A stretch of 51,594 nt of DNA from the NCBI GenBank assembly GCA_009691335.1, contig SICR01000002.1:1-51594 (forward strand). The letters are read 5' to 3'. Positions 34,418-43,631 of this stretch are shown in pieces (position 1 is the stretch's first letter; each line of letters starts with the position of its first letter). The position numbers and the translations under genes are program-made. The DNA comes from Candidatus Zambryskiibacteriota bacterium. GTDB lineage: Bacteria; Patescibacteriota; Minisyncoccia; Phycocordibacterales; Zambryskibacteraceae. The notes beneath the pieces were generated by a model. It ran no database searches and had not been told where the DNA came from. It saw nothing but the letters and a program-made list of their open reading frames with translations.

Positions 34418-35737
34418 AAGTATCCAAGAGAGTAAGAGGTGGACTGCATAAGCAAGAGGGATGGCGACAATTGTGTTTATGTATGAAAGAAGAATGGCTA
34501 GAAATCCTACAAGCATAGTCCACGGCACCACGATAAGCGTCAAGACATTGGCCGGAAGGAAAAGTGGGGAGAAAGTTCCTGTCATGAAGATTAGGAGTGG
34601 CAAGACGGCCACTTGCGTAGCTAGAGTTTGAGAAACTATTTCTCTTATCTTTAATTTATCCGTAATAAATTCAAATTTTTTCTGAATCGGAGACATAAAA
34701 CAAATCAATCCTAATGTGGCTAGAAACGAAAGTTGGAATGATGGGTCAAAGATTAATATCTTCGGATTTTGAAGGAGCATGAGAAATCCCGCCCCCACAA
34801 GCGCCCTAGAGGCTGAATAATTCCTGCCGAAGAGTCGCGCCCCGATGACAATAACAGCCATAACCGCCGCCCTAATTACTGTGGCTTGGGCTCCAGTCAT
34901 TAGCACGAATAAGGTAATACCAATGATAGAAGCTCCCGCCGCGGCTTGTGGAATAGCCGGAAGCTTGGCATAGATAAATAAAGTTTGGAACATCCGCCTC
35001 AAAAATTCGGCTATCAAAGTAATGTTAAATCCTGACAGAACTACGATATGGATGACCCCAGCGCGACGAAACTCTTCCAAAATATCTTTCGGCAGAGCTT
35101 CCTTACCAGAAACTAACAATCCCATCAATAGACTGGCATATGGTTCAGACAAAATCTCTTTTGCTTTGTCGACAAAACTTTTCTTGAATTTAAAAAGTGC
35201 CGACTTGAGAGAATTGCCGTGGCCGGACGAAAGGATTTCCACCCCATAACTATTCAGAGTGAAATAAATATTATCTTTAGAAAGATATTTACCATAATCA
35301 AAAGATTTTAAAGTATCTTTGTCCTCTATAATCCCCGGAATCTTAAACTCCCCAGTCACTTCCACTTGGTCGCCATATTGAACCGGACTATAAAGCGGTG
35401 CACTGACCAAAACTTTCTCGCCATTATCGGATAGAAAGACGAAACGCCTGAAATTATCCTTGTCTTCCGGCTCGCTAATCACTATTCCAGTCTCCACAGG
35501 CACAACCGATTCGTGGAAATCCTTGATTGAATAGCGCAAAGCGCCCAGACTGAAAGAAATCAAGAACAAAGAGATGAGTAAGGCTTCCTTCTGCCTGTCC
35601 GAAATAATTATCGCCAGACCAATAATTAAAATGAGGAGCGATATAAGTGGAGAAATGAAGAGAAAAGAAGATAGGGCAACCGCCAAAACAAAACCGAAAA
35701 TAAAACTAAAGAAATTGGTATGACGATTTATCTCCAT
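34388..35737 (-). CDS. comEC: ComEC/Rec2 competence channel, membrane part only (DUF4131 + Competence domains)
   Basis: Polytopic. 'FRRAGVIHIVVLSGFNITLIA' matches the ComEC core motif. There is no MBL domain in this ORF. The start is taken at MEINRH. The 3' end overlaps the convergent SOD gene by 30 nt. Confidence 0.8.
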   Translation of the reverse strand: MEINRHTNFFSFIFGFVLAVALSSFLFISPLISLLILIIGLAIIISDRQKEALLISLFLISFSLGALRYSIKDFHESVVPVETGIVISEPEDKDNFRRFVFLSDNGEKVLVSAPLYSPVQYGDQVEVTGEFKIPGIIEDKDTLKSFDYGKYLSKDNIYFTLNSYGVEILSSGHGNSLKSALFKFKKSFVDKAKEILSEPYASLLMGLLVSGKEALPKDILEEFRRAGVIHIVVLSGFNITLIAEFLRRMFQTLFIYAKLPAIPQAAAGASIIGITLFVLMTGAQATVIRAAVMAVIVIGARLFGRNYSASRALVGAGFLMLLQNPKILIFDPSFQLSFLATLGLICFMSPIQKKFEFITDKLKIREIVSQTLATQVAVLPLLIFMTGTFSPLFLPANVLTLIVVPWTMLVGFLAILLSYINTIVAIPLAYAVHLLLSWILLVARVFANF

Positions 35738-36200
35738 TGTATAGAATAACCTCAAGACCATCAGCAAAACTCGTAGCTATTTCATCACAACGCTCGTTGA
35801 GGCCATGCCCCGAGTGTCCGGTGACATGCTTCCACGTAATTTCTTTTTCTTCCGTGACTATTAAAAGTTCTTGCCACAAATCTTTATTGAGCACAGCCTT
35901 CTTGCCGGACGTCTTCCAGCCCTTCTTCTGCCAAGAATGTATCCATAAGGTAATTCCCTTCATCACATATTCTGAATCAGTATAAATTTCCATCGGAGAA
36001 TCTGGTGGGAAATTTTCGCTGGCAAATTCTACCGCCTTTATGGCCGCCGTAAGTTCCATGCGATTATTCGTCGTATGAGCCTCTTCACCACCGATCTCAA
36101 CGACCACTTCTTCGCCAACATTGCCCCCAGCAATGATGGATCCCCAACCGCCCGGTCCGGGATTACCTCTCGATGAACCGTCCGTATAAATCTTAATCAT
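35706..36200 (-). CDS. rnhA: Ribonuclease HI
   Basis: 'IYTDGSSRGNPGPGGWG', 'TNNRMELTA', 'IYTDSEYV', 'GWKTSGKKAVLNKDLW', 'WKHVTGHSGHGLNERCDE'. Confidence 0.9.
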   Translation of the reverse strand: MIKIYTDGSSRGNPGPGGWGSIIAGGNVGEEVVVEIGGEEAHTTNNRMELTAAIKAVEFASENFPPDSPMEIYTDSEYVMKGITLWIHSWQKKGWKTSGKKAVLNKDLWQELLIVTEEKEITWKHVTGHSGHGLNERCDEIATSFADGLEVILYNGDKSSYQFL

Positions 36201-37837
36201 GACTCTATATTAACAATTCTTAGGCGCAATTCAGGTCTGTTCCTGAAATAAGACTTTTCCAGATGAGCGTGAAGGTTGACATGGATGCCTGGAGAAAGAA
36301 GTGTGGAGTAGGAAGTAGGAGTAGTAAAAAATGATATGGCCTTGATGCCGTTAGCCAAGCTTAGCTCCAAATGATTGTTTTCTTTGCCAAATTTCTTTAT
36401 TCCCTTGATTTCCACTTTGGGAATTTTAAATATCGGTTTTTCATTACCCGTACCGAAGGGTGCGAACTGCACAACTGTTTGCCAAAGATTTTCTCCAATA
36501 TCAGAGAGAGAAATTGCCAAAGTATTCTTGCTATTCTCCGCTCGATCTCCCTTCGCCAAAGTCTCTAGGGACAAAGAAAGTTTTTCTTCCAAAACAATCA
36601 GTTGTTCTAGTGTTACAGAGAATCCTCCAGCGCCGGCATGCCCGCCGAATTCAATAAATGAATCCCTTGTGCTTTCCATCAATTTAAATAAGTCATAGCC
36701 ATTGTATGAACGGCAGGAACCCTTAAGCGCATCATCGCCATCTCGACCCCAAGCGAAAACTGGCCGGGAATATTCTTCCACCAAACTATTGCAAACCAAA
36801 CCCAACAAGGATGGTCGCCACTCTGGATTACCTATCACAATAACCCCGAGCAATATTTCTCTTTTTGAAAGTTCTAATTTGGCAGCCTTTACGATACTGG
36901 CTACCACTCCCTTGCGCTCATTATTAATTTTCTCCAAATGTTCTCCCAATCTTTCCGCTTCAACCTGATCATCGGTAGAAAGTAATTTGAAAGCGTCTTC
37001 CGGCTTACCCATCCTTGAAGCCGCATTGATGCGCGGCGTTATCATAAAGGCTACATCGTCCTCCGTTAGACTTTTGCGATCAAGCTTTAATTTTCTAAAA
37101 AGACTCTCCAATCCTGGACGCGGAGACTTCCTCAACACTTCGAGGCCAAATCGAGCCAAGATGCGATTCTCCCCCACCAATGGAACCATGTCAGAGAGAG
37201 TGGCGATGCCTACCATATCTAGCGACCATTTCTCCATCCCTTCCTTCACACCGAATTTTTCTTTCCCATAGATGCCTTGCACCAACTTGTACGCTACGGC
37301 AGAACCGCATAACCCCTGGAATGGATACGAACTATCTTTTCTCTTTGGATTAATAATCGCCAGAGCTTCCGGTAGTACATCTTTAGGTTCATGGTGGTCG
37401 GTGATGATGACATCGATATCGTGAGAATTCGCCAGAGCCACTTCTTCCACATCAGAAATACCACAATCAATTGTTATCAGGAGCTTCGCCCCTCGTTTGG
37501 CACATTCATCTATCGCCCCACTATTGAGACCATAGCCTTCATCATGTCTATGAGGAATATAGAAAGAAATATTTTGATAATTTATCCTTTTGAAAAAGTC
37601 GGACAGCACTACCGCACCGGGGATGCCATCGGCGTCATAATCCGAGAAAACTACTATATGCTCATTGTTCTTAATAGCTTCAATGACTCTCTGACTTGCC
37701 TTATCCATGTCTGGTAAAAGCAACGGGTCGTATAATTGGCCATAATCCGGATTCAAAAAATCTTCTATGGAGTCTTCGGTAAGGCCTCTTTCTTTCAAGA
37801 GCGCCTCGAAAATTTCAGGAAATTGAGAGACCGACAT
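36197..37837 (-). CDS. recJ: Single-stranded-DNA-specific exonuclease RecJ
   Basis: DHH motifs 'VFSDYDADGI', 'ITIDCG', 'IITDHH', and DHHA1 'GGHAGAGG'. ATGA overlap with rnhA. Confidence 0.9.
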   Translation of the reverse strand: MSVSQFPEIFEALLKERGLTEDSIEDFLNPDYGQLYDPLLLPDMDKASQRVIEAIKNNEHIVVFSDYDADGIPGAVVLSDFFKRINYQNISFYIPHRHDEGYGLNSGAIDECAKRGAKLLITIDCGISDVEEVALANSHDIDVIITDHHEPKDVLPEALAIINPKRKDSSYPFQGLCGSAVAYKLVQGIYGKEKFGVKEGMEKWSLDMVGIATLSDMVPLVGENRILARFGLEVLRKSPRPGLESLFRKLKLDRKSLTEDDVAFMITPRINAASRMGKPEDAFKLLSTDDQVEAERLGEHLEKINNERKGVVASIVKAAKLELSKREILLGVIVIGNPEWRPSLLGLVCNSLVEEYSRPVFAWGRDGDDALKGSCRSYNGYDLFKLMESTRDSFIEFGGHAGAGGFSVTLEQLIVLEEKLSLSLETLAKGDRAENSKNTLAISLSDIGENLWQTVVQFAPFGTGNEKPIFKIPKVEIKGIKKFGKENNHLELSLANGIKAISFFTTPTSYSTLLSPGIHVNLHAHLEKSYFRNRPELRLRIVNIES

Positions 37838-37870
37838 GATATTATTCTAGCATTATATTAATATGACTCT

Positions 37871-38845
37871 ATGTCCAAATCTCTTCAGAAAGGTAGTAGC
37901 GACATTGTCGGGATAATAATACTGGTGATTATTATCACTATTTTGCTTGCCTCTCCCAAGGATCCTTCAAAACCACCGACTTTTACAAACTCTAACCAAG
38001 TATGGAGCTGGACACAAGGCACAACCTTAACCAGTATAGGTAGCGCAAATGCGAGAGGAGGCGAAGCTCCTAGCACATCGCCATCTAGCTCAAATTACAG
38101 CTCCATCATATCCGTCAGTTCAGGTAATGCTCCATACACTTACCAATCCTACGAAGAATACATAACCATAGACAATCAAAGCTTCTCTTCCATAGACATC
38201 ACTGACTGGCAACTGCGCAATGGCAAAGACAAAAGATCTTATTCCCAGGGAGGGTCGCTCCAGCGCTTCTCTGCTGACATTGCTCTTATCCCACAAGGGA
38301 CTATTCTCTTGTCCCCTTCAGGTAATTCATTAATGCAAAATATTGTGTTAAATGGTGGAGAAAGAGCTATCGTCACTACAGGTTCAATAGGGGCGAACTC
38401 TCCATATAGAATAATGAGCTTCAAAGAAAGTATATGTACAGGATATATTGAATCTTTGTCGGATTACGCCTTCAGCCCCGCTCTCTCGCAGAATTGCCCG
38501 AGTCCCGCCAAAGACAGTGGGGTGGAGAATCTTGACTCCCAATGTCGCAACTTTATAAATACTCTTTATTCGTGTCGCACTCCAGAATTCAACGCCAAAA
38601 CTTCTAACGGCGCGACTTGTAACACATGTGTCAATGGGGAAATCTTATCAAGTTCATGTACCGCATTCATTAGAGAGCATTACAGCTACCGAGGCTGTGT
38701 GGCTTATCATAAAAATGATCAGAATTTTTCCGGACGCACTTGGAGAATATTTCTGGGCCGCGGCTGGGAGATGTGGGCCAAAGATTATGAAACGATTGAG
38801 CTCTACGACCGTCTAGGACAGTTAGTAAATTTCCAAAATTATTAA
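37871..38845 (+). CDS. Membrane-anchored surface protein with a lamin-tail-domain-like fold carrying a Cys-rich insert
   Basis: N-terminal TM '[16 protein letters not shown]'. '[21 protein letters not shown]' and the C-terminal '[18 protein letters not shown]' resemble the first and last LTD strands. An ~110-aa insert carries 8 Cys. Confidence 0.45.
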   Translation: MSKSLQKGSSDIVGIIILVIIITILLASPKDPSKPPTFTNSNQVWSWTQGTTLTSIGSANARGGEAPSTSPSSSNYSSIISVSSGNAPYTYQSYEEYITIDNQSFSSIDITDWQLRNGKDKRSYSQGGSLQRFSADIALIPQGTILLSPSGNSLMQNIVLNGGERAIVTTGSIGANSPYRIMSFKESICTGYIESLSDYAFSPALSQNCPSPAKDSGVENLDSQCRNFINTLYSCRTPEFNAKTSNGATCNTCVNGEILSSSCTAFIREHYSYRGCVAYHKNDQNFSGRTWRIFLGRGWEMWAKDYETIELYDRLGQLVNFQNY

Positions 38846-38846
38846 T

Positions 38847-39215
38847 ATGAATGATCCAAATTGTGTATTTTGTAAAATAATCGCAGGAGAAATTCCTTCG
38901 TACAAAGTTTATGAGGATGAAGGTTTCCTGGCCTTTTTAGATATCCACCCTCAATCTCCGGGACATGTACAGGTTATACCGAAGGATCACCATCAGTGGG
39001 TTTGGGACGTCCTGAATGCGGGAGAATATTTTGAAGTTGTGCGTAAAATCGCTTTGGCACAGCAGAAAGCTTTCAACACAGATCACATTTATTCAAAAAT
39101 AGATGGCGCGGATGTACCACATGCTCACATCTGGGTCTTCCCCGATTTAAAGACTGCTGGAGATAAAAACGATTTTGAAAGCAACGTCAAGAAGATAAAA
39201 CTAGCTCTTCCTTAA
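38847..39215 (+). CDS. HIT family hydrolase
   Basis: '[13 protein letters not shown]', '[12 protein letters not shown]', and histidine triad 'PHAHIWVFP'. Confidence 0.85.
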   Translation: MNDPNCVFCKIIAGEIPSYKVYEDEGFLAFLDIHPQSPGHVQVIPKDHHQWVWDVLNAGEYFEVVRKIALAQQKAFNTDHIYSKIDGADVPHAHIWVFPDLKTAGDKNDFESNVKKIKLALP

Positions 39216-39286
39216 TTTAGCCTTCGAGGAATTCCTGAAAGAACTTCAGGAAAAATGACTCGGAATGGCTTAGTTGACAAACCATG

Positions 39287-39317
39287 GGGCGCTGGATTTC
39301 TCCAGCGCCCTTTCCTT
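39287..39317 (+). terminator. Rho-independent terminator after the HIT gene
   Basis: gggcgctgga-tttc-tccagcgccc followed by tttcctt. Confidence 0.7.
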
Positions 39318-39331
39318 TACCAAAATCCCCC

Positions 39332-39387
39332 AAATTCCATATACGTTATCTTGTTGCTATAGCTAAATTATAACGTATATGGAATTT
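39332..39387. repeat. Perfect 18-bp inverted repeat with a 20-nt spacer (possible pgk terminator or protein-binding site)
   Basis: aaattccatatacgttat ... ataacgtatatggaattt. Confidence 0.7.
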
Positions 39388-39429
39388 AAATATGTTAAAT
39401 ACATTACTGGTGTGGATAGGGCTAAAAAC

Positions 39430-40350
39430 TTATTTAAGCGCCTCGATTCCAGGAAGAGTGCCTTGAGCCAAGAACGCAAGCATCGCACCACCACCAGTAG
39501 AAACAAAAGAGAATTTGTCGAGAATATTTAAATTTTGTATTACAGCCAGAGTATCCCCTCCTCCAACTATTACACTAGCCTTCGCTTCTGCGAGAACCAT
39601 AGCCAGCTCTTCCGTATATTGAACATACCCAGTCTCGTACTGACCAAGAGGGCCATTCCAAATGATAAATTTGGCCTCTACGATTTTAGCTTTCAATATT
39701 TCAAGAGTTTCTGCATTGGCATCAAGGGCCGAGAGGTCTCCCGTGGGGAAAAAAATTTTAGGATTGTTTGCAAACGGCATTGTAGCAGCGGACTTTGCCA
39801 TAGCTCCGCCTATAAATATTGAGTCTGCGATGTTGGAAAATCTTTCCAACAATGGTAGCTTTGTTTCAATTTTTGCTCCACCTAATAGTAAAAGAAATGG
39901 GTGCGGAGGGTAAAATGCTTTTGACAATTCAGCAACCTCGCGCACAAGACGCAGTCCCGCATAACTTGGAAGAATCTTTGGCAGAGTGATGATGGAAGCG
40001 TGATTTCTATGAGAAACCGAGAAAGCTTCATTGACATAAATATCAACTCCAGAAGCAAGCTCCCGTGCGAAATCTTCGGAGTTATTCTCTTCTCCCGGAT
40101 TTTCCCGTAAGTTAGGTAGAAGTCTGGCTCCTTCTGGAACAAATTGCTGTAACAGTTCAACATCGCCTTTCTCCAAATGCGTAGCGATGATGACCTTTGC
40201 ACCAGCATTCTTTAAATATTCAAGTGTCGGGAGTGATTCCTTAATGCGAAAACTGTTGATGACCACACCGTCTTTGATGGGCACATTCCAATCTACGCGA
40301 ACCAATACGCGCTTGCCATTCAGATCTTGTGCTTCGGTAATTGATTTCAT
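39430..40350 (-). CDS. pgk: Phosphoglycerate kinase, unusually compact (306 aa)
   Basis: 'GKRVLVRVDWNVP', 'IIATHL', 'YVNEAFSVSHRNHAS', 'LLLGGAKIETK', 'IWNGPLGQYE', 'VIVGGGDT', 'STGGGAMLAFL'. Confidence 0.85.
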   Translation of the reverse strand: MKSITEAQDLNGKRVLVRVDWNVPIKDGVVINSFRIKESLPTLEYLKNAGAKVIIATHLEKGDVELLQQFVPEGARLLPNLRENPGEENNSEDFARELASGVDIYVNEAFSVSHRNHASIITLPKILPSYAGLRLVREVAELSKAFYPPHPFLLLLGGAKIETKLPLLERFSNIADSIFIGGAMAKSAATMPFANNPKIFFPTGDLSALDANAETLEILKAKIVEAKFIIWNGPLGQYETGYVQYTEELAMVLAEAKASVIVGGGDTLAVIQNLNILDKFSFVSTGGGAMLAFLAQGTLPGIEALK

Positions 40351-41108
40351 AAAGAAATAATATCCCTCGCGATAGCCTCCAAACTTTCAGCATTAAGCGA
40401 GGAGCGTCCAACCAAGAATCCTCTAATTCCAGAACCATTCATCAACTCTCCAGCATTAGCCGGCTCCACCGAGCCACCGTAGAGAATAGGAACTTTATCC
40501 GCAGCGGCGCGACCGAAGAGGTCGCCCAAAACTTTTCTTAAAAAGATGACCGTCTGAGAAAGCTCCTGTGGATTAATGGCTTCTTTGGCATATTTTCCTA
40601 CGGCCCATACAGGCTCGTAAGCCAAGGCAATCTTCACTACCTCATTTTTTGAAATTCCTGAAAGCATCAACTTAAGTTCCTGTCGCAAAAATTCGAAATG
40701 CTCACCATCCTTGTCACGTTCCAACTCTCCAATACAAACCAATGGTGCAATACCCGACTTGAGAGCAACATCAATCTTGCTCGCCACATCTTTTGAAGTC
40801 TCACCCAATGCGCGACGTTCGCTATGTCCGACTATCGCAAGTCTGACGGCAAAACTTTTCAACATTTCCGATGTTACTTCCCCTGTATAAGTACCTTTCG
40901 CCAAAGAAGAAATATCTTGGCAAGCCAAGCTTCCAAACCTTTTTATCTTATTAGATACAGACTCAAGATACGGACTCGGTGGAGCTATAAATAGAGATAC
41001 CTTTTTGAAAAGTTCCCGTTTCTTTGCTAATTCCCTTAAGAGCCTTTGAGCTTCAGACAAAGAGCTTGGGTAATTTTTCCAGTTCGCTACCAGTAGGGGT
41101 TTGGCCAT
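40347..41108 (-). CDS. tpiA: Triosephosphate isomerase
   Basis: 'LVANWKN', 'AIVGHSERR', 'VCIGE', 'IALAYEPVWAVG', 'ILYGGSV'. Confidence 0.9.
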   Translation of the reverse strand: MAKPLLVANWKNYPSSLSEAQRLLRELAKKRELFKKVSLFIAPPSPYLESVSNKIKRFGSLACQDISSLAKGTYTGEVTSEMLKSFAVRLAIVGHSERRALGETSKDVASKIDVALKSGIAPLVCIGELERDKDGEHFEFLRQELKLMLSGISKNEVVKIALAYEPVWAVGKYAKEAINPQELSQTVIFLRKVLGDLFGRAAADKVPILYGGSVEPANAGELMNGSGIRGFLVGRSSLNAESLEAIARDIISL

Positions 41109-41120
41109 TTAGGAATTATA

Positions 41121-42575
41121 TCAAATTTCTTTCCAAGAAATTACTTCGTGGAAATCCTCCGTTTTGGGGAAAAATGGTGGTGGAGAATAGAGCAAGAATG
41201 AATCATAGATAAGGTTTCTCATATCATAGCCCGAACCATCAGTATAAGCGAAGCCGTAACGCTCTGAAGTAATCATGGTGCCATAGAGAGTCAGCACATC
41301 TCTGTTGTCATAAGGAGAGCAATCTGACTCATAGAGATACCTGCCTACCCGACCATTCTGGGCCACAAGTGCGGCATCTATCCTTAAATCAGTCTCGCTA
41401 TTCATGCCTACATTTACATTATCCTGACCTATTAGAGCAACTACATCAGCGCCATCATAATTCGTATAGCGGATATCATTATTGATAGTGATAGATTTCC
41501 TATTATTAGAATCACTGTCCGGAATGTTGGCAGCTGTGATGGTAACGCGAGCGGTATTCATCGTACCTTCTACCCAAATGTGGTCTGCGAAAAAGATGAG
41601 CCCATTGTCTGGAAATGAATAATTACCAAGGAAAGTAGTAGCACTGGTACTCCACGAACCCCAGTCTGTTTGCCCAGAACTTGAACATCCTCCGGGAACA
41701 TTTTGGAGCGAATCAACTCTATAAACATCGAAGGTGTCATCAGTCTTAAGTATTACCTTGTAACCCTCATCTCCAGAATCTCCGAAATACCTTCCGCCAG
41801 CTTGAGCGTCGGTCTTCATCTGCGTTAAGTCAGCAGTAATATCGTCGAAGCTGACAACCGAAACAGGGAAGGATCGCCCAGCGACAAAGATGTCTGATCT
41901 AAAAGGTGCCGCACTGGGGGGCGCTTCATCCGCACGGAATGTCTCGTCAACCCCAGTGCCCGGAAGAGGATTAATGTGAGTGTGAACTCCGAATTCGTTG
42001 TTGCCAGAGTGGTCTGTATCATTGTAATTTGCTACCGCACTTGTAACCAGATTATGAGCCAAACCATCGAAACGGATGCCATTGTTGGAATGAATGGGCC
42101 CGAAAACTTCCGTACCCTCTCCAAACCTGTTGGCCGCATCAGTAACAGCAGCAAAATTCGCGAAGGAAGGAATAGCCAATCTAGAAACTATTGTCCGTCT
42201 AACATTGGTATCGATGCTTGGACTGCCAACTGATTGTATTGTGACCAAACTTGAACCCAAAGGAGGTGCGGTAATGGTTAGAGTAAATGTCCCTATGGAA
42301 ACGCCATTCCTATCATAGAAATTTTTGACATAAGGGCCGGGCAGTCCCGTGCCATCTTTGTAATCAGTCGGAGAGTGAGCCAAGTGCCAGCGATAATATT
42401 CGAGCCCTGCTTCCGCCATTTGGAAAGCCTGCTCTGAGAGTGCCGTTCTTCGGCCAAGACGAATATTCGAACCCGCGAAGGAAACCAACCCCGCGATTAT
42501 AATCAAAGCCATTGCTCCAAAAACCAGCACCTGTATCAAAATGTAGCCACTATTTCTAGAAAACTTTTTTATCAT
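41121..42575 (-). CDS. Large (484 aa) pilus-associated protein with a pseudopilin-like hydrophobic N-terminus (PilX/minor-pilin-like)
   Basis: 'SGYILIQVLVFGAMALIIIAGLVSF' N-terminal helix. 4-nt overlap with the upstream pseudopilin gene. The rest has no recognisable family. Confidence 0.45.
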   Translation of the reverse strand: MIKKFSRNSGYILIQVLVFGAMALIIIAGLVSFAGSNIRLGRRTALSEQAFQMAEAGLEYYRWHLAHSPTDYKDGTGLPGPYVKNFYDRNGVSIGTFTLTITAPPLGSSLVTIQSVGSPSIDTNVRRTIVSRLAIPSFANFAAVTDAANRFGEGTEVFGPIHSNNGIRFDGLAHNLVTSAVANYNDTDHSGNNEFGVHTHINPLPGTGVDETFRADEAPPSAAPFRSDIFVAGRSFPVSVVSFDDITADLTQMKTDAQAGGRYFGDSGDEGYKVILKTDDTFDVYRVDSLQNVPGGCSSSGQTDWGSWSTSATTFLGNYSFPDNGLIFFADHIWVEGTMNTARVTITAANIPDSDSNNRKSITINNDIRYTNYDGADVVALIGQDNVNVGMNSETDLRIDAALVAQNGRVGRYLYESDCSPYDNRDVLTLYGTMITSERYGFAYTDGSGYDMRNLIYDSFLLYSPPPFFPKTEDFHEVISWKEI

Positions 42576-43183
42576 AAATTATCTTTGAGATTTCTTAAGG
42601 AAGCTTGAGAACTGACCGTGGTAGGGATGGGGGCTTGATTGGAATCTTTTTCAATTCGGACTGTAATCTTTATAAGCCTGATATCCAATAGCAAAATGGG
42701 CAAAGAAAGAGGTGTTGAGGTTCCGACGTAACTGCCGTCGTAGTAATCGAAAAGTGGGGTGGATGTGGCGTTGGAAACATCTGTGACAAGAGTATTGAGG
42801 GATTCATCTCCTAGATTATAAGCAGGAGGCTCTCCGGTAGCCAAAACTACTCCCCTTTTCACAGATTTTGTTGGATAATCTATAAAGTAACGGATACGGT
42901 CAGAAACACCGTCAGAATTAACATCGGTAAAAAAGACAATAGTACTGGTTGAAGCGGATTCTATAGCGTAAGAGCCGAGAGCGGATGGAGCGGCTCCTCG
43001 TAGTTCATTTACCATGACAGAGAGTATTTTTCTGCCCTCAAGCATACTGGTCATACTGGAACTGGAGGAAAAATTCAGGTTAATCACATTTCTGGCGAAA
43101 AATGCAACTAACATTCCTATAACAGTGGCTATAACAATAGCTACTAAAAATTCTATAAGGGTGAAGCCGGAATTTCTTTTCAT
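42572..43183 (-). CDS. Prepilin-type N-terminal cleavage/methylation domain protein (minor pilin/pseudopilin)
   Basis: 'MKRNSGFTLIEFLVAIVIATVIG'. Confidence 0.7.
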   Translation of the reverse strand: MKRNSGFTLIEFLVAIVIATVIGMLVAFFARNVINLNFSSSSSMTSMLEGRKILSVMVNELRGAAPSALGSYAIESASTSTIVFFTDVNSDGVSDRIRYFIDYPTKSVKRGVVLATGEPPAYNLGDESLNTLVTDVSNATSTPLFDYYDGSYVGTSTPLSLPILLLDIRLIKITVRIEKDSNQAPIPTTVSSQASLRNLKDNL

Positions 43184-43186
43184 ATA

Positions 43187-43630
43187 TTAGGCACTTTCAA
43201 GATTTTTCGGTGCTACCATACCGGTAATTATCATCGGGGTAAAGTTTTTACAGCTGGTGCATTCTATTTTTATCTCTACCAATTTATAATCCGCAGGAAA
43301 TGGGTCGGATCCTCCTACTCCGTCAAAAGGGTCATCCGTATTTTGCACTACTGTTGTGACTGTGAAGGATATTGAATCCTTCAGAACGGTCTGCACAGAA
43401 GTAAGCAACCCAGAGGGCGAGCCTCCGACTGTACCGACGGTGCTGTAAGGCATGTTCTTAATCATTTCAAATTGAGAATTGGCCAAGTCAGCCGCCAGAG
43501 CCTTCTCTCTAGCGACCGAGATGGCGACATAAACAGCAAAGTATCCCTGATAAGCTCCTATGGCAAACAAGAGGAAGACCGCCGAAGCGATGATAACCTC
43601 TATAAAGGTGAAGCCACGATTTTTCTGCAT
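43187..43630 (-). CDS. Prepilin-type N-terminal cleavage/methylation domain protein (minor pilin/pseudopilin)
   Basis: 'MQKNRGFTFIEVIIASAVFLL'. Confidence 0.7.
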   Translation of the reverse strand: MQKNRGFTFIEVIIASAVFLLFAIGAYQGYFAVYVAISVAREKALAADLANSQFEMIKNMPYSTVGTVGGSPSGLLTSVQTVLKDSISFTVTTVVQNTDDPFDGVGGSDPFPADYKLVEIKIECTSCKNFTPMIITGMVAPKNLESA

Positions 43631-43631
43631 C

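Noticed and set aside
36197-36200. Alternative genetic code (UGA as sense, as in some CPR lineages)
   Set aside because: TGA terminates conserved genes at the expected length (for example recJ via ATGA overlap, map, and the 3811..4050 ORF). All conserved proteins are full length under the standard code.
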